Of a DNA stretch of 64,000 nt, positions 36,324 to 45,750 are shown one piece after another. How positions within the stretch are numbered: position 1 is the first letter of the stretch; the number at the start of each line of letters is the position of its first letter. The notes under the pieces were generated by a model. It had not been told where the DNA came from, ran no database searches, and saw only the letters and a program-made list of their open reading frames with translations. The stretch is from an uncultured Ignavibacterium sp. GTDB lineage: Bacteria; Bacteroidota; Ignavibacteria; Ignavibacteriales; Ignavibacteriaceae. The translations under genes and the position numbers were made by a program. The stretch spans positions 1,799 to 65,798 of the forward strand of contig CAKZLD010000146.1 in NCBI GenBank assembly GCA_937125135.1, written 5' to 3'.

Positions 36324-39300
36324 ATGAAAAAAAATATGAAAAATAGAACTTACATAATTACTCTGTTTTTGATTGCCGTTGTTTCTTTGGCTTTCAGAAG
36401 CGGAGAAGGTGGAAAAAACACGACCTACAAAGGAAATGTCCCTGCAAGAGATTCTTACAGATTATTTATAAATAATCTTAACATCCCATTAAACAGAATT
36501 GGAGTGCTTGGTGATGTTAGTATTGGAGGAAGTTCTGGCGGAAGATTAGATGGAAAAGAATTTCTTTATTCCGGCGGTTTTTTCCTAAGTGGCAAGACAA
36601 GAGGTATTCCTTGGGCAAATGGAGTTGCATCTGCTTCAAGGATAACAGATTATGAGCCAGGCACTTATAAATTTGGCACTAATGATCCAAGAAATCAGAT
36701 TTACGTTCTTGAACAAATGAAAGGTGATTTTAATGAACAGTGGGAATTTTGGAAATCGGCTGTTGATTTAGGAGCGTATTTTTATGATGGTGATGGTGAC
36801 GGGAAATACAACCCAGTTGATCTCAACGGAAATGGAAAATGGGATCCTACTGAAGATCGACCAGATTTGATAGGTGATGCTACTGTTTGGTGTGTTTATA
36901 AAGATTCAAGATCACCCGCTTTAAGAAGATTTAATGATGTTGACCCACAAGGTATAGAAATTCGACAAAGTGTATTTGCGTTTGCTTCAAAAGGTGTTGT
37001 CGGAAATATGATATTTATCAGATACAGTATCTTAAATACTGGTAGTGTTGCCGATACCCTTGATGATGTATATTTTGGAACTTGGGCTGATCCTGATTTA
37101 GGTAACATAAATGATGCTTATCTTGATGATCTTGTAGGATGCGATACTACTCTAAATGCAGGTTACGTTTATAATGATGGCGATGATAATGAATGGGGAC
37201 AAACTCCCCCTTGTTTCTTAATTGATTTTTTCCAGGGTCCAATAGCATATATACCAGGTGAAACTTTTGTTGATAATAATGGAAATGGTATTTTTGATGC
37301 AGGTGACACTCCACTTGATACTGCTTACAATGTTCAAGGGCAGGTTAGAGGAATAGCAAAATTCCCTGGCGCAAAGAATGAAGGACTTTCTTCTTTTGTT
37401 CATTACATGCAAAGCCATCCAACTCACGGTGACCCAAGTACTCAGTTTGAAGCTAGAAATTATATGTTAGGAAAGAACAGAGTAGGGGCTGCTCTTGATC
37501 CTTGTAGTTGGACTTTTGGTACTGTAAGAGGTGGTATTAACTGTGCTCTTGTTGATCCACGTTATTCATACAGTGGAGATCCTGTAACAGACGTTGGTTG
37601 GATAAATATTGCACCAACAGATCAGAGACAAATGTCTAATACTGGTCCCTTTAAACTAGTTAAAGATAAACCCGTTGATATTGTTGTAGCTTATGTCGTA
37701 GGTAGAGGAACAAACGCACTAAATAGTATTACAGTAGCAAAACAATATGATATAGTTGCGCAATTAGTATTTGATAATAACTTCCCTTCACCACCTGCCC
37801 CACCTCAGGTGAAGTATAATGTAAAGAATGGAATTGACTTTATAGATTTAGAGTTCAAAACTGCTGAACAGATAAATTATGTTGCACGCGATACAGTTTT
37901 GGATATTGAAAGAAGACTTCAAGGTTTTTATGTTACAGCATTTAGAACAAGATCGAAAGAACCAAGTATTCAGGGAATCCAAAATAGTGCTGTTATTGCA
38001 GAATATCAGGTAGATAACTTTATTAAGAATGTTTATCAGATATCTGGCAATGGTGGCAGGAATCTTGTTATCAAGGAAGTTGATTCTACTAATAAATTAA
38101 ACCCTGTTATTTACGGCAACCCAAATACTGGTAGAATTCGTGTTAGAATTAATAAAAATCCTTTCGATGGAGCACCACTTATTAAAGGTCAAGAATATTA
38201 TTTCACAATTACTCATTACTACTTAAATCATAAAGCGATTGTACATAATTCGGGCGCTCCTTTCGGAACATCTGGTGATTACTATGATCCAGGAGGAGGA
38301 GCAATTGAAGAGTTTGAAACTCAAAGAATTGATGTCGTTTTTGGTGAAGACCAATACGCACCTGCTTACTACGGAATTGAACCAGAAAAAACGGGTGCTT
38401 CCAGCGGTGCTGTTAAACCTTTAATTGTTAATAATGATGAATTGACCGGTGACCAGTACACAGTTGAATTCTTTGAGGATAAAAATCAAGCTCCGGCAAC
38501 TCTTTATGCTCCTTTCTGGAGATTAAAGAATAACCGAACAAATGCTGTTTTAATTGATTCATCAAAAGTGTATGACTTTGATACTAGTAAATATGCTGGA
38601 ACTGTTACCGAAGGTTTTATAATAAAAGTTAAACCTGTTGAAACAAGAATAGGTTCTGGATCTCAAATTACCTATACTCCATCAGCAAACAGATGGTACA
38701 CTACTTTTAGATCTGATTCAGGCACTGGTATCTTTTATGTTGGTCAGGATATACCACAAAGTAGTAAGATCCAAATTAACCAAACTTCGAATATAGCTTC
38801 TAATTACACTCGTGCAAATAAATTAAGAACAATTGAGTTACGTTTTGGTACCAATGGCAAAGCTTACAGATATCTAAATGGTTTCAAAGGAGGTAATCCT
38901 ATTCAAAAAAGAGGCTCATTTGTATATGCTTCATATGTAACAGCTGCAGAAACCACTAACACCGGATTAAAGAGGTTTGGAGAAGGTTTTGTTGATGTAC
39001 CATTTACTGCTTGGGTTAAAGATGACAGATATAAAGAAGAGAAACAATTAGCAGTGGCGTTTGTAGAAATAGCTGGAAATATGGGTGGTACACCTGATGG
39101 TGTCTGGGATCCGGGGACAGTTACATCACCAATAGGTAATGAAATTATACTAATTCTTGATGCACCTTACGATCCAAACGGTGGAAATATAGTTTATACT
39201 GGTGGAGCATCAACTGTACCAGCTGATATAGTCAGAGGTTATGCAACTAATGATGCTTCTGCAACAGTTGAACAAAAAGCTATCGCACTTTCACCTTTGT

Positions 39301-39809
39301 TTAATACATTATATGCTGTAAGTTTAAAGAAACGAAGCGCTACAAGCTTTTTCACAAATGGTGATGTTCTGCGTGTTCCGATGATCACTTATCCTTACAC
39401 TTCAGGAGATAAGTTCACTTTCAAAACTACTAATAAAGGATTGCTAAGTGAAGATGATCAAAGAGCACTTTTTAATAAAGTTAATGTATTTCCAAATCCA
39501 TTATTTGGATTTAACCCTGCAACAAGCTTTGCAAATACACCACCGGATGAACCTTTTGTAACTTTCTCCAACTTACCTGAAGAAGTTACGATTAAAATAT
39601 TCACTCTGTCTGGTACTAGGGTTAGAACATTAACGACTTCGGATAAATCTTCACCTAAGTCAACATTTTTAAGATGGAATTTGAAGAACGAAGATGGATT
39701 AAGAGTAGCTTCCGGTTTATATATAGCTATAGTAGAATCGCCCAAATTTGGTGAAAAGATTCTGAAATTCTCGATAATTATGCCTCAAAAACAAATAGAA
39801 AGATACTAA
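36324..39809 (+). CDS. Large (1161 aa) secreted protein with Ca-binding-like loops and T9SS C-terminal sorting domain
   Basis: Signal peptide YIITLFLIAVVSLAF. D-x-D-x-D-G-type loops include YFYDGDGDGKYNPVDLNGNGKWDPTEDRPD and VDNNGNGIFDAGDTPLD. The CTD-like tail reads VNVFPNPLFGFNP...VTIKIFTLSGTRVRTL...GLYIAIVESPKFGEKILKFSIIM. No catalytic motif is recognised. Confidence 0.6.
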   Translation: MKKNMKNRTYIITLFLIAVVSLAFRSGEGGKNTTYKGNVPARDSYRLFINNLNIPLNRIGVLGDVSIGGSSGGRLDGKEFLYSGGFFLSGKTRGIPWANGVASASRITDYEPGTYKFGTNDPRNQIYVLEQMKGDFNEQWEFWKSAVDLGAYFYDGDGDGKYNPVDLNGNGKWDPTEDRPDLIGDATVWCVYKDSRSPALRRFNDVDPQGIEIRQSVFAFASKGVVGNMIFIRYSILNTGSVADTLDDVYFGTWADPDLGNINDAYLDDLVGCDTTLNAGYVYNDGDDNEWGQTPPCFLIDFFQGPIAYIPGETFVDNNGNGIFDAGDTPLDTAYNVQGQVRGIAKFPGAKNEGLSSFVHYMQSHPTHGDPSTQFEARNYMLGKNRVGAALDPCSWTFGTVRGGINCALVDPRYSYSGDPVTDVGWINIAPTDQRQMSNTGPFKLVKDKPVDIVVAYVVGRGTNALNSITVAKQYDIVAQLVFDNNFPSPPAPPQVKYNVKNGIDFIDLEFKTAEQINYVARDTVLDIERRLQGFYVTAFRTRSKEPSIQGIQNSAVIAEYQVDNFIKNVYQISGNGGRNLVIKEVDSTNKLNPVIYGNPNTGRIRVRINKNPFDGAPLIKGQEYYFTITHYYLNHKAIVHNSGAPFGTSGDYYDPGGGAIEEFETQRIDVVFGEDQYAPAYYGIEPEKTGASSGAVKPLIVNNDELTGDQYTVEFFEDKNQAPATLYAPFWRLKNNRTNAVLIDSSKVYDFDTSKYAGTVTEGFIIKVKPVETRIGSGSQITYTPSANRWYTTFRSDSGTGIFYVGQDIPQSSKIQINQTSNIASNYTRANKLRTIELRFGTNGKAYRYLNGFKGGNPIQKRGSFVYASYVTAAETTNTGLKRFGEGFVDVPFTAWVKDDRYKEEKQLAVAFVEIAGNMGGTPDGVWDPGTVTSPIGNEIILILDAPYDPNGGNIVYTGGASTVPADIVRGYATNDASATVEQKAIALSPLFNTLYAVSLKKRSATSFFTNGDVLRVPMITYPYTSGDKFTFKTTNKGLLSEDDQRALFNKVNVFPNPLFGFNPATSFANTPPDEPFVTFSNLPEEVTIKIFTLSGTRVRTLTTSDKSSPKSTFLRWNLKNEDGLRVASGLYIAIVESPKFGEKILKFSIIMPQKQIERY

Positions 39810-39820
39810 GTTGAAAACTT

Positions 39821-39845
39821 GCAGCGGTCAGTTAAAGACCGCTGC
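39821..39845 (+). terminator. Strong hairpin between the T9SS cargo gene and the PorV-like gene (partial terminator or processing site)
   Basis: gcagcggtc-agttaaa-gaccgctgc is a 9-bp GC-rich stem. The downstream cttaaaatttt is only an imperfect U-tract. Confidence 0.45.
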
Positions 39846-39882
39846 CTTAAAATTTTGAAAATACTTGAGGAGAAAATAGAAA

Positions 39883-40902
39883 ATGAAAAAATTGTTAGTT
39901 TTATTAGTACTATCTGCTTGCATAGCAGTAAACTTTGCAGGCGATAAATCCAGAAAGGGAACCACTGGAGCTGATCAATTACTGATTCCAGTTGGGGCTC
40001 GTGGCATTGCAATGGGAGAATCATTTTTATCAAGTGTAACAGGGTTAGAAGCTATTTATTACAACCCTGCTGGCTTTGCTCATCAACAGGGCAGTGAAGC
40101 AATGTTTAGTTATATGAGCTACTTCGCTGATATTAATGTATCCTATTTTGCTGTTGGAACTAACCTTGGTGATTTAGGTTCATTTGCATTCAGTATAAAG
40201 TCTTTTGATTTCGGCAACATTCCCGTAACAACATTTGAAGCACCGGATGGAACTGGCGATATATATTCACCAAGCTTTTTAACAGCAGGAATAACTTATT
40301 CCAAAGTTATTACCGATAGAGTAAGTATTGGTGCTAATGCCAAAGTTATTAGCGAATCAATTATGGATGTTAGTGCAGTAGGTTTTGCTATTGATTTTGG
40401 TGTTCAATATAAATTCTCTGGCAATTTGAGCTTAGGTGCTGCAGTAAAAAACATTGGAACTAATATGCAATATGGTGGTCCTGAATTACAGCAGAGAGCA
40501 CCGATTCCAAATACTCTCCCCGGTTCACGTTCAGGAATGTACCAAATAGTTACTGAAACTTTCCAGATTCCAAGTTATTTTGAATTAGCCCTTGGTTATA
40601 AATTTGATTTGAATGAGCAAAATATGCTTCAGGTGGCTTCGACCTTCAGAAATAATAATGCTCTGGAAGATCAATTAAAACTAGGACTTGAATATGGTTT
40701 TAGTAATATGTTCTTCCTAAGAGGAGGATATGATTTGTTACTTGAAAACACAAATCAAAATACATTTGGTTTAACAGCTGGTGCTGGAGTAAATTATCAA
40801 ATGGCTGATGGAATCAATCTTACTCTTGATTATGCTTTCAGAGAAGTTAAAGAATTCCCAACAGCAAATCATATTATCACACTTAAACTTGGCATTGAAT
40901 AA
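39883..40902 (+). CDS. PorV/PorQ-family outer membrane beta-barrel protein
   Basis: Signal peptide, then TTGADQLLIPVGARGIAMGESFLS...AIYYNPAGFA, which matches my memory of the N-terminal signature of the PorV/PorQ family. Alternating beta-strand pattern throughout. Length 339 aa. Confidence 0.6.
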   Translation: MKKLLVLLVLSACIAVNFAGDKSRKGTTGADQLLIPVGARGIAMGESFLSSVTGLEAIYYNPAGFAHQQGSEAMFSYMSYFADINVSYFAVGTNLGDLGSFAFSIKSFDFGNIPVTTFEAPDGTGDIYSPSFLTAGITYSKVITDRVSIGANAKVISESIMDVSAVGFAIDFGVQYKFSGNLSLGAAVKNIGTNMQYGGPELQQRAPIPNTLPGSRSGMYQIVTETFQIPSYFELALGYKFDLNEQNMLQVASTFRNNNALEDQLKLGLEYGFSNMFFLRGGYDLLLENTNQNTFGLTAGAGVNYQMADGINLTLDYAFREVKEFPTANHIITLKLGIE

Positions 40903-40925
40903 TTTCTGATAAAGTGTATTTTTTA

Positions 40926-40962
40926 GGCGTTCAATTGAAAAAGTTGAACGCCTTATTTTTTT
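40926..40962 (+). terminator. Rho-independent terminator after the PorV-like gene
   Basis: ggcgttcaa-(9-nt loop)-ttgaacgcc followed by ttatttttttt. Confidence 0.75.
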
Positions 40963-40983
40963 TAAAGGAAAGGTTTGGAACTT

Positions 40984-42354
40984 ATGAAAAATATTTATCT
41001 AATATTTTTTCTTTTTATTACAAGATTTATTTCTTCTCAGGATATCGGTTTTGATTTTGATTATGCTCAGTTCGGCTACGATTCTTCATCAAACTTTGTT
41101 GAGTTTTATTACGTATTTGAGCAATCAAAACTGCTTCCGGTCAAGAAAGAAGAAAAGTCTTTCGTCGAAGCTTTCTTAAAAATTACAATTTTAGATTCAG
41201 CCAGCAATGATACAATAGTTAACAACAAATGGGTTGTTCAACACGAACTTAATATTCATTCAGAAGGTTCTCAAAGTTTAGTTGGAGTTATCAGTTTTAT
41301 TATTCCTGAAGGTGTTTATAAATGCTCTCTCGAAGGAAGTGACTTCAACTCTCCATTAAACAGAAAAACTATTGACGAATTTTTAAGAGTTAAACCTTTT
41401 AGAAAAGAAGATTTATCTATCAGTGATATTCAAATTGCTTCTAAAATGATTCAGGGAAGCGAAAATGTCAATTCAATTTTTTATAAAAATAGTTTCGAAA
41501 TCATTCCAATTCCAAATCTTGTCTTCGGTGAAAATCAACCAGTGTTGTTTTTTTATGCTGAAATATATAATCTCAAAGACAAATCATATTTGACTGAGAA
41601 CTTCAAACTGAATGAGATAATTTTGAACAGTCGTGGAAAGATAGTTTCCAGAAAAGATAAAATACTTTCCAGAAAAACAGATACTCGCGTTGAAGTTGGT
41701 TCATTCGTTTTAGCTAAGCTTCCAACAGATACTTATACTCTGATAGTTTCTATTATTGACACGATAAATAATACCGGAGTTAGTTCTACAAAAAAATTTT
41801 TCGTTTATAATCCAAACATCGTTGATACAGATACTTCATTTAAAACATTAAAACCAGTTTTAAGTTCAATTTTCGGAGCGATGAGCGAAGAAGAGCTTGA
41901 TGATATTTTTACAAAATCAAAATATATTGCCTCTTCTGCTGAAATTGATAAATTTAATAAACTGAAAGGAGAAGAAAGCAAAAAAGAGTTTTTATTTGAT
42001 TTCTGGAATGCCCGCGATAATTCACCTTCAACTCCCGAGAATGAATATTTCTATGAATATTTGAAAAGAATTGAATTGTCAAATCAGCGATATAATTCTA
42101 TGCAAAAACAAGGCTGGAAAACTGATCGAGGAAGAATTTATATTATTTACGGAGAGCCTTCAGAAATTGAGAGATACCCAAATCAAATTGAAAGCCGACC
42201 TTATGAAATATGGCATTATAATGAAATTGAGGGAGGAGTATTTTTTATCTTCGCTGATTTAACAGGTTTTTCAGAATATACTTTAGTTCATTCCACTAAA
42301 CGTGGTGAGCTTAGAGATGATAATTGGGAAAGGAGAATTATAATAGCAAAATAA
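40984..42354 (+). CDS. GWxTD domain-containing secreted protein
   Basis: Signal peptide IYLIFFLFITRFISSQ. The C-terminal region contains QKQGWKTDRGRIYIIYGEPSEIE...YEIWHY, the GWxTD signature. I prefer ATG 40984 to the track TTG at 40975. Confidence 0.7.
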   Translation: MKNIYLIFFLFITRFISSQDIGFDFDYAQFGYDSSSNFVEFYYVFEQSKLLPVKKEEKSFVEAFLKITILDSASNDTIVNNKWVVQHELNIHSEGSQSLVGVISFIIPEGVYKCSLEGSDFNSPLNRKTIDEFLRVKPFRKEDLSISDIQIASKMIQGSENVNSIFYKNSFEIIPIPNLVFGENQPVLFFYAEIYNLKDKSYLTENFKLNEIILNSRGKIVSRKDKILSRKTDTRVEVGSFVLAKLPTDTYTLIVSIIDTINNTGVSSTKKFFVYNPNIVDTDTSFKTLKPVLSSIFGAMSEEELDDIFTKSKYIASSAEIDKFNKLKGEESKKEFLFDFWNARDNSPSTPENEYFYEYLKRIELSNQRYNSMQKQGWKTDRGRIYIIYGEPSEIERYPNQIESRPYEIWHYNEIEGGVFFIFADLTGFSEYTLVHSTKRGELRDDNWERRIIIAK

Positions 42355-42378
42355 GAGATTAATCTCTTAATATTTTTT
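42353..42378 (+). terminator. Possible weak terminator after the GWxTD gene
   Basis: Palindrome aagagatt/aatctctt overlaps the stop codon and is followed by aatatttttt. Confidence 0.35.
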
Positions 42379-42397
42379 AAAGAAGCAGATATAAATA

Positions 42398-43267
42398 TTG
42401 AAAGACCGAATTGAATATCTACTATTTATTAGTCTGAGTTTATTGCTCAGAATAATGGGTTTTAATTTATCAAGAAAATTTGCCTATCTATTAGCTCTAA
42501 TATTCTATTACATCATCCCAATTCGAAAAAAAACTGTTTTTGAAAATCTTAATATTGCTTTTCCAGAAAAATCTTTTGAAGAAAAAAAGAAAATTGCCTT
42601 TAGTTCTTATCATAGTTTTTGTATCTCAATGGTTGAGATATTAATACTTCCATATTTAAGTAGAGAAAAGGTAAAATCATTGATTGATTTATTTAACTCT
42701 GAAATTATTACGAGAAAATTCAATGAAGGGAATGGTGTAATTGTTCTATCCGCTCATTTTGGTAATTGGGAATATATAGCTGCTTCTGTGTCCTTACAAA
42801 TTGATATCCCATTTAATATAGTTGTTAAAAATCAGAGAAATGGTTTTGTAAATGATTGGATGAACAGAGCAAGAACAAAATGGATTAATAAAGTCATTCC
42901 TTTAGGGGTTTCAATAAGAAGTGCATATTCAATACTAAAGAGTGGTCAAATTTTAGCTATTGTGGCTGACCAACGTGGTCCTGAAGATGGACTGAAGCTC
43001 GACTTTTTTGGAAAAAGAACTTCTGTTTTTACTGGTCCTGCAGTTTTATCATTAAAGACAGGTGCTCCAATTTTATTCGGAATTCCTATAAGAAAACCAG
43101 ACTATTCTTATTTTGCAGAAGTTGTTGAGATTGATCAGAGCAATCTACCGGAAGATTTTGATGAAAAGGTTAAGGTTATTTCTGAAAGAATGATTAAATA
43201 TCTCGAGGAGATAATTAGAAAATACCCTGAGCAATGGCTATGGATGCACAAAAGATGGAAACATTAG
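42398..43267 (+). CDS. Lysophospholipid/lipid A late acyltransferase (LpxL/HtrB family)
   Basis: N-terminal TM helix, VLSAHFGNWEY (H-x4-E/D acyltransferase motif), ADQRG and a C-terminal YPEQWLWMHKRWK. TTG start. Confidence 0.7.
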   Translation: MKDRIEYLLFISLSLLLRIMGFNLSRKFAYLLALIFYYIIPIRKKTVFENLNIAFPEKSFEEKKKIAFSSYHSFCISMVEILILPYLSREKVKSLIDLFNSEIITRKFNEGNGVIVLSAHFGNWEYIAASVSLQIDIPFNIVVKNQRNGFVNDWMNRARTKWINKVIPLGVSIRSAYSILKSGQILAIVADQRGPEDGLKLDFFGKRTSVFTGPAVLSLKTGAPILFGIPIRKPDYSYFAEVVEIDQSNLPEDFDEKVKVISERMIKYLEEIIRKYPEQWLWMHKRWKH

Positions 43268-44301
43268 AAACTCCAAATAAAATATTATTTATTCAGACTG
43301 CATTTTTAGGGGATGCTATTTTAAGTTTACCTGCTGTGGAAGTTTTGAAGTTAAAATTTCCCAATTCTTTTTTAAGTGTTTTGTGTATGCCTATCACTCG
43401 GGAGGTTTTTGCAAACAGCCCTTTTGTTGATGAGACAATTGTTTTTGATAAAAGGAATATTCATAAATCATTTTTTGCTTTGTTAAAATTTGCAAAAGTA
43501 ATCAGGAATAAAAATTTTGATAGAATTTACTCAGCTCATAGATCATTTAGAACCTCAATTTTAGTTCTACTAAGTGAGGTGATGGAAACATTTGGTTTCT
43601 CAAATTCCTCTTTCAGTTTTGTTTATAAAAATTTGGTAGAATATAATCAGCATCATCACGAAGTTCAGAGAAATGTTAGTTTGGTTTCTTTTCCTGATGA
43701 AATTGAAAATTGGAGAGTGTTGCCGAAAGTTAAAATAGACCAAAAAGTAAAAACTAAAATTGAAGAAATTTTAAGAGATTTCCAGGGTAAGAAAAAAATA
43801 GTCATTGCTCCTGGAAGCATCTGGACTACAAAAAGATATCCTTCAGAGAAATATTCAAAAATTGTAAAAATCTTGGACGATTTAAATTTCCAAATATTTT
43901 TAATAGGTTCAAATTCTGATAGAGAACTTTGCGAATCAATAAAAAATAAAAAGGAAAATATTGTAAATTTTGCAGGTGATTTTTCTTTTATTGAAACAGT
44001 TGAGTTAATGTCGAATTGTGATTTGTTAATTTCAAATGATAGTGCTCCAACTCATATGGGAATGTGTGCTAGTATTCCAGTTCTTACAATTTACTGCTCG
44101 ACTGTGCCTGATTTTGGTTTTTATCCTTACAATGAATTTAGTGAACATATTAGTTTGAATGGACTTAGTTGTAAACCTTGTGGCATTCACGGACATCAGG
44201 AGTGTCCTTTAGATCACTTTAAGTGTGGAAATGATCTTGATGAAGAACTAATCATCGCAAAAGCACTGGAGATCTTGAATAGACGTGAAAAATATTCTTG
44301 A
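43255..44301 (+). CDS. Glycosyltransferase family 9 (heptosyltransferase-like), second paralog in the window
   Basis: ILFIQTAFLGDAILSLPA, IAPGSIWTTKRYP and LISNDSAPTHMG. The start is uncertain (ATGs at 43234, 43240 and 43255) and overlaps the end of the acyltransferase gene. Confidence 0.72.
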   Translation: METLETPNKILFIQTAFLGDAILSLPAVEVLKLKFPNSFLSVLCMPITREVFANSPFVDETIVFDKRNIHKSFFALLKFAKVIRNKNFDRIYSAHRSFRTSILVLLSEVMETFGFSNSSFSFVYKNLVEYNQHHHEVQRNVSLVSFPDEIENWRVLPKVKIDQKVKTKIEEILRDFQGKKKIVIAPGSIWTTKRYPSEKYSKIVKILDDLNFQIFLIGSNSDRELCESIKNKKENIVNFAGDFSFIETVELMSNCDLLISNDSAPTHMGMCASIPVLTIYCSTVPDFGFYPYNEFSEHISLNGLSCKPCGIHGHQECPLDHFKCGNDLDEELIIAKALEILNRREKYS

Positions 44302-44926
44302 AAAAATTAATATAGACGAAAATCTTAATCATTCGGTACAAGAAGCAGCTAAATTATTCTTCAATGGTGGAGTTTTTATTTATCCGACTGATACTATTTA
44401 TGGATTTGGTGGCAATCCGTTTAATGAAAATGTTCTTAAAAAAATTTCTGAAATAAAAAAAAGAGAAGAGTGGAAGAGATATATTCATTTAGTTGCAAAT
44501 ATTGAAGTGCTAATGAAATATGTGGAAATAAAAAATGAAGAGCACTATGATTTCTTTTTGAAGATATGGCCAAATCCGGTTTCAGTAATATTGAAAGTTA
44601 ATTCTCAGACGAGAAAAATTTATAAATCAGATACAATGGCTTTTAGAATTCCCAATAACAAATTCTGTCTGAAATTGCTCGAGAATATCAAAATGCCTTT
44701 AATCTCAACCAGCGTAAACCATTTAGGTCAAGAGCCACTCAATAGTCCCGACATGATTATGCAAGAATTCGGGCAAGAAGTTGATGCAGTATTTTATTCA
44801 GAAAAAAAATCTTACTTTGTTGCCTCAACTCTTATTGATTTAAGTTCAGAAAAGCCAGTACTGATTCGTGAAGGAAAAATAAAGTTTAAAGAAATTTTAA
44901 GAATTTTTGAGAATCGAGATGAGTAA
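44285..44926 (+). CDS. tsaC: L-threonylcarbamoyladenylate synthase (TsaC/YrdC family)
   Basis: GGVFIYPTDTIYGFGGNP, the R.P...F pattern and ISTSVN. GTG start overlaps the upstream gene. Confidence 0.8.
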   Translation: MKNILEKINIDENLNHSVQEAAKLFFNGGVFIYPTDTIYGFGGNPFNENVLKKISEIKKREEWKRYIHLVANIEVLMKYVEIKNEEHYDFFLKIWPNPVSVILKVNSQTRKIYKSDTMAFRIPNNKFCLKLLENIKMPLISTSVNHLGQEPLNSPDMIMQEFGQEVDAVFYSEKKSYFVASTLIDLSSEKPVLIREGKIKFKEILRIFENRDE

Positions 44927-45740
44927 ATCTTACATAAAAAATTTTTTAAGAAAAATCAGTCATTTTAATGTAGTTCTTGTCCCTACAGAACCGTACATCT
45001 CTACAAAAAGTTATAAAATATCTTCTTTCAAAATCATTGCTTTTGTGTTGATTTATAGTATTATCATATCATTAGTAGTTTTTTATGCAATAAATTTTCT
45101 AAAGTTGAATTCAGTCTTTCTTCCTGAATCTTATTACCATTCTGAAAGAGACGATGAAATTAAAAAGTTGAATGAAAAAATAATTTTTTTAGCAAAGGAA
45201 GTTGAAAAACTTCAGGTCAGTAACAATAAACTGAGAAATATCTTTAATAAGCAGGATAGTATAAATCAAAAATCAAACACAAAAGATTCCCTAAAGAAAA
45301 AAATTCAAGGAAATATTTATTCGGTAATTCGTGAATTTATAGATAAGTTTTTGGTCAGATTGCAGAATGAACCCATTTTCCGAAAACCCGTTGAAGGTAT
45401 TCTGTCGAATAAATTTAATCCTGCACAAGGTCACTTCGGAGTTGATTTCAGTGCTAAAGAAAATACTCCTATTTTTGCATCTGCAAATGGATACATTAGT
45501 TTTGCTGGTTTCACTCCTGAATATGGAAATGAAATTATTATCGTTCACCAATCAGATTTTGTTACAAAATATAAGCATTGCTCAGTATTAGTTAAAAAAA
45601 TAGGAGAGTCGGTAAAGCAAGGTGAACTTATAGCATTGGTTGGAAACACAGGAATGAAATCACATGGTAGTCATCTGCATTTTGAGATATGGCGAAATGG
45701 TAAACCGGTTAACCCTGAAAATTATCTTTTAAATTTTTAG
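44919..45740 (+). CDS. M23 family (LytM-type) metallopeptidase, membrane anchored
   Basis: N-terminal TM helix, coiled-coil segment, HFGVDFSA (HxxxD), GNTGMKSHGSHLHFEIW (HxH). I prefer ATG 44919 to the track TTG at 44907. Confidence 0.8.
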   Translation: MSKSYIKNFLRKISHFNVVLVPTEPYISTKSYKISSFKIIAFVLIYSIIISLVVFYAINFLKLNSVFLPESYYHSERDDEIKKLNEKIIFLAKEVEKLQVSNNKLRNIFNKQDSINQKSNTKDSLKKKIQGNIYSVIREFIDKFLVRLQNEPIFRKPVEGILSNKFNPAQGHFGVDFSAKENTPIFASANGYISFAGFTPEYGNEIIIVHQSDFVTKYKHCSVLVKKIGESVKQGELIALVGNTGMKSHGSHLHFEIWRNGKPVNPENYLLNF

Positions 45741-45750
45741 GAGGAATAAT

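Noticed and set aside
31527-40902. An apparently G+C-richer block with shifted codon usage, considered as a horizontally acquired island.
   Set aside because: There are no integrase, transposase, tRNA or direct-repeat boundaries. The genes carry lineage-typical T9SS tails. The shift is more simply explained by amino-acid composition (Gly, Thr and Ala-rich beta proteins) and expression-linked codon bias. The GC difference was judged by eye, not computed.
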